36,177 nucleotides of DNA from a virus (lineage: Duplodnaviria > Caudoviricetes). The DNA lies in IMG/VR virus record IMGVR_UViG_3300017766_000457, positions 1 through 36,177 of that record. One strand, 5' to 3'. Positions 34,742 through 36,177 of the stretch are shown here, piece by piece. Made by a program: the position numbers and the translations under genes. The notes under the pieces were generated by a model, which ran no database searches, was not told the origin of the DNA, and saw nothing but the letters and a program-made list of their open reading frames with translations. Position 1 is the stretch's first letter. The number at the start of each line of letters is the position of its first letter.

Positions 34742-36177
34742 CTGTCAGACTCCCTAGATCTTTAATAGCCTTTAAGACAATCTCAGCCTGTTTGTTACGG
34801 CTATTTTCATCAGCCAGATCCATTGCTAAGACCGCTTGCAATTGCTGGACTGCTAACTGCGCTTCTTTAATGCGGATCTCAGCCTGATCCTTCTGGTTCT
34901 TCATCTGCATCTCAATGCCCTTGCGGGTGAAGTCAGCCTCTAGCGTCTGACGCTCCAGATCCAACTTAGCAGCATCAATCTGTGCCTTAGCCTGTGTCTT
35001 CTCACGCTCTACCTGCGCCAACATCTGCGCCACTTCTGCCTGTGCATCAGGAGTAGGTGGTTGTGGCTGCGACAATTGAGCATCCATCTCAGGCGTAATC
35101 TCGTTCATGAAAGCATTAGCATCCTTGAAACCAGCCGCCTCAATGAACTTTGCTAACGTGTTACGGTATTGACCAATAGAAACAAGCGGATTAGATGGGC
35201 CATAAGCCTGAATAATCTGTTCCTGCTTGGCAAGAACCATCTGAAGCATCGTGAGCTTCTGATCCCGATCGCCTGAACCCAGACCAACATTAACGGATAC
35301 ATCGTATTCATTAGCCCATGTGCGAGGATCAAACTGCACGTACTTGCCACGCATACGGACAATCTTAGGCTTATCCTGATACTTGCCTAACAGATGCAGA
35401 ATGCCTCTAAACAAGCTCTTAACGCCAGTCTCAGCAAAGATACGGGCAATCAACTCCAGCTTGCCAGAGTTAGACTTCATCATCGCAGCAACCGCAGCCG
35501 CTGTTACGTTAGACAGAATGTCTGGATCAAGACCTTGTTGTGCATCACTAACACCAGTACGCTTGGCCTGTACTGCATCCATGTACTCCAGCATTGGCAT
35601 AGCCTGACCAAAGGTAGACTGAACCTGAAGCGGAACCAGAGCGTTAGGATTCTTCAGACGGACAATACCGCCGGGAGTAGCGTTAAGCAGGTCATCCAAG
35701 TTCACCTGACCGTCAACAGCGCCAACCCGGTTGTTATTCGTTAGGTAGAGATTATCGAGAGACTGACGAGTAATGGTGGACTTGATGAGCTGGATGTCCA
35801 TAGTCCTATCTGCCAGAGACTGACCGAAGAACTTGTGCGGAATTGGGATAGGGCAGATGCTATGGAACGGAACATAGTCACATTCTTCATCTTCTAGTAT
35901 TTCCGATCCGCAATAAACAATACGACGCAACTCAGCGATACCGTCATCATTCTCGTCAATACGGATATAGCACTCATATACCTCAACCGTCTGCATAGAA
36001 TGGTCAAGGGATTGCGTTTGATCTGGCTGTTCTCCGTTATCAAAACGAGCAACTCGCTCGGCAGAGAAACTTAGATCGTCATAAGAAGGTAGCTCATTTA
36101 CGATGTCTTTGTCGTAGCCCATTGCAATCAATTCTGACCGCTGCATGAGCTTGCGATGAGCTACAAAAGGGGAGTCC
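34734..36177 (-). CDS. Portal protein, C-terminal part
   Basis: YECY...DGIAELRR...PIPHKFFGQS...DIQLIKSTI.RQ.LDN; C-terminal coiled coil. Confidence 0.9.
   Translation of the reverse strand, partial: DSPFVAHRKLMQRSELIAMGYDKDIVNELPSYDDLSFSAERVARFDNGEQPDQTQSLDHSMQTVEVYECYIRIDENDDGIAELRRIVYCGSEILEDEECDYVPFHSICPIPIPHKFFGQSLADRTMDIQLIKSTITRQSLDNLYLTNNNRVGAVDGQVNLDDLLNATPGGIVRLKNPNALVPLQVQSTFGQAMPMLEYMDAVQAKRTGVSDAQQGLDPDILSNVTAAAVAAMMKSNSGKLELIARIFAETGVKSLFRGILHLLGKYQDKPKIVRMRGKYVQFDPRTWANEYDVSVNVGLGSGDRDQKLTMLQMVLAKQEQIIQAYGPSNPLVSIGQYRNTLAKFIEAAGFKDANAFMNEITPEMDAQLSQPQPPTPDAQAEVAQMLAQVEREKTQAKAQIDAAKLDLERQTLEADFTRKGIEMQMKNQKDQAEIRIKEAQLAVQQLQAVLAMDLADENSRNKQAEIVLKAIKDLGSLTGG
36055..36177. repeat. 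Terminal overlap, copy 2
   Basis: Identical to 1-123. Confidence 0.97.

Noticed and set aside
34734-36146. Truncated portal or pseudogene
   Set aside because: The frame continues across the junction to ATG at 782, giving an intact 700-aa gene
1-36177. Integrase, DNA/RNA polymerase, reverse transcriptase/DGR, or stop-codon reassignment
   Set aside because: No such motifs in any ORF; standard code gives near-complete coding density with intact core genes

Overview
Complete, circularly permuted genome of a small tailed dsDNA phage with podovirus-like gene content. Bases 1-123 are identical to 36055-36177, so the unique length is 36,054 bp and the portal gene is split across the junction. A minus-strand arm carries the virion genes (portal, scaffold, major capsid, adaptor/nozzle, internal proteins, many short fibre genes) and a lysis cassette. 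A second minus-strand arm starts at a divergent promoter region near 11.3-11.45 kb. It carries a DUF1376 replication initiator, a primase-type Zn finger, a DnaB-like helicase, a CI-like HTH, nucleases, small basic proteins, a methyltransferase, a glycosyltransferase and the terminase. A short plus-strand early operon encodes ERF, an SSB-like protein, an HTH, MazG-like and DUF3310 proteins. I saw no DNA or RNA polymerase, integrase, tRNA or CRISPR array. An aquatic proteobacterial host is inferred only. The most unusual content is non-coding. (1) A ~420-nt head-to-tail cluster of structured RNA modules at 12947-13368: three covarying hairpins with constant GAAA/GAGUA scaffolds and variable apical regions, a pseudoknot, a hairpin ending in ACCA, and a larger multibranch RNA. 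(2) Two leader RNAs with different sequences but the same architecture (c4/CI-like), placed before the replication gene and before an AT-rich HNH gene. All family assignments come from motif recognition by eye, with no database search.
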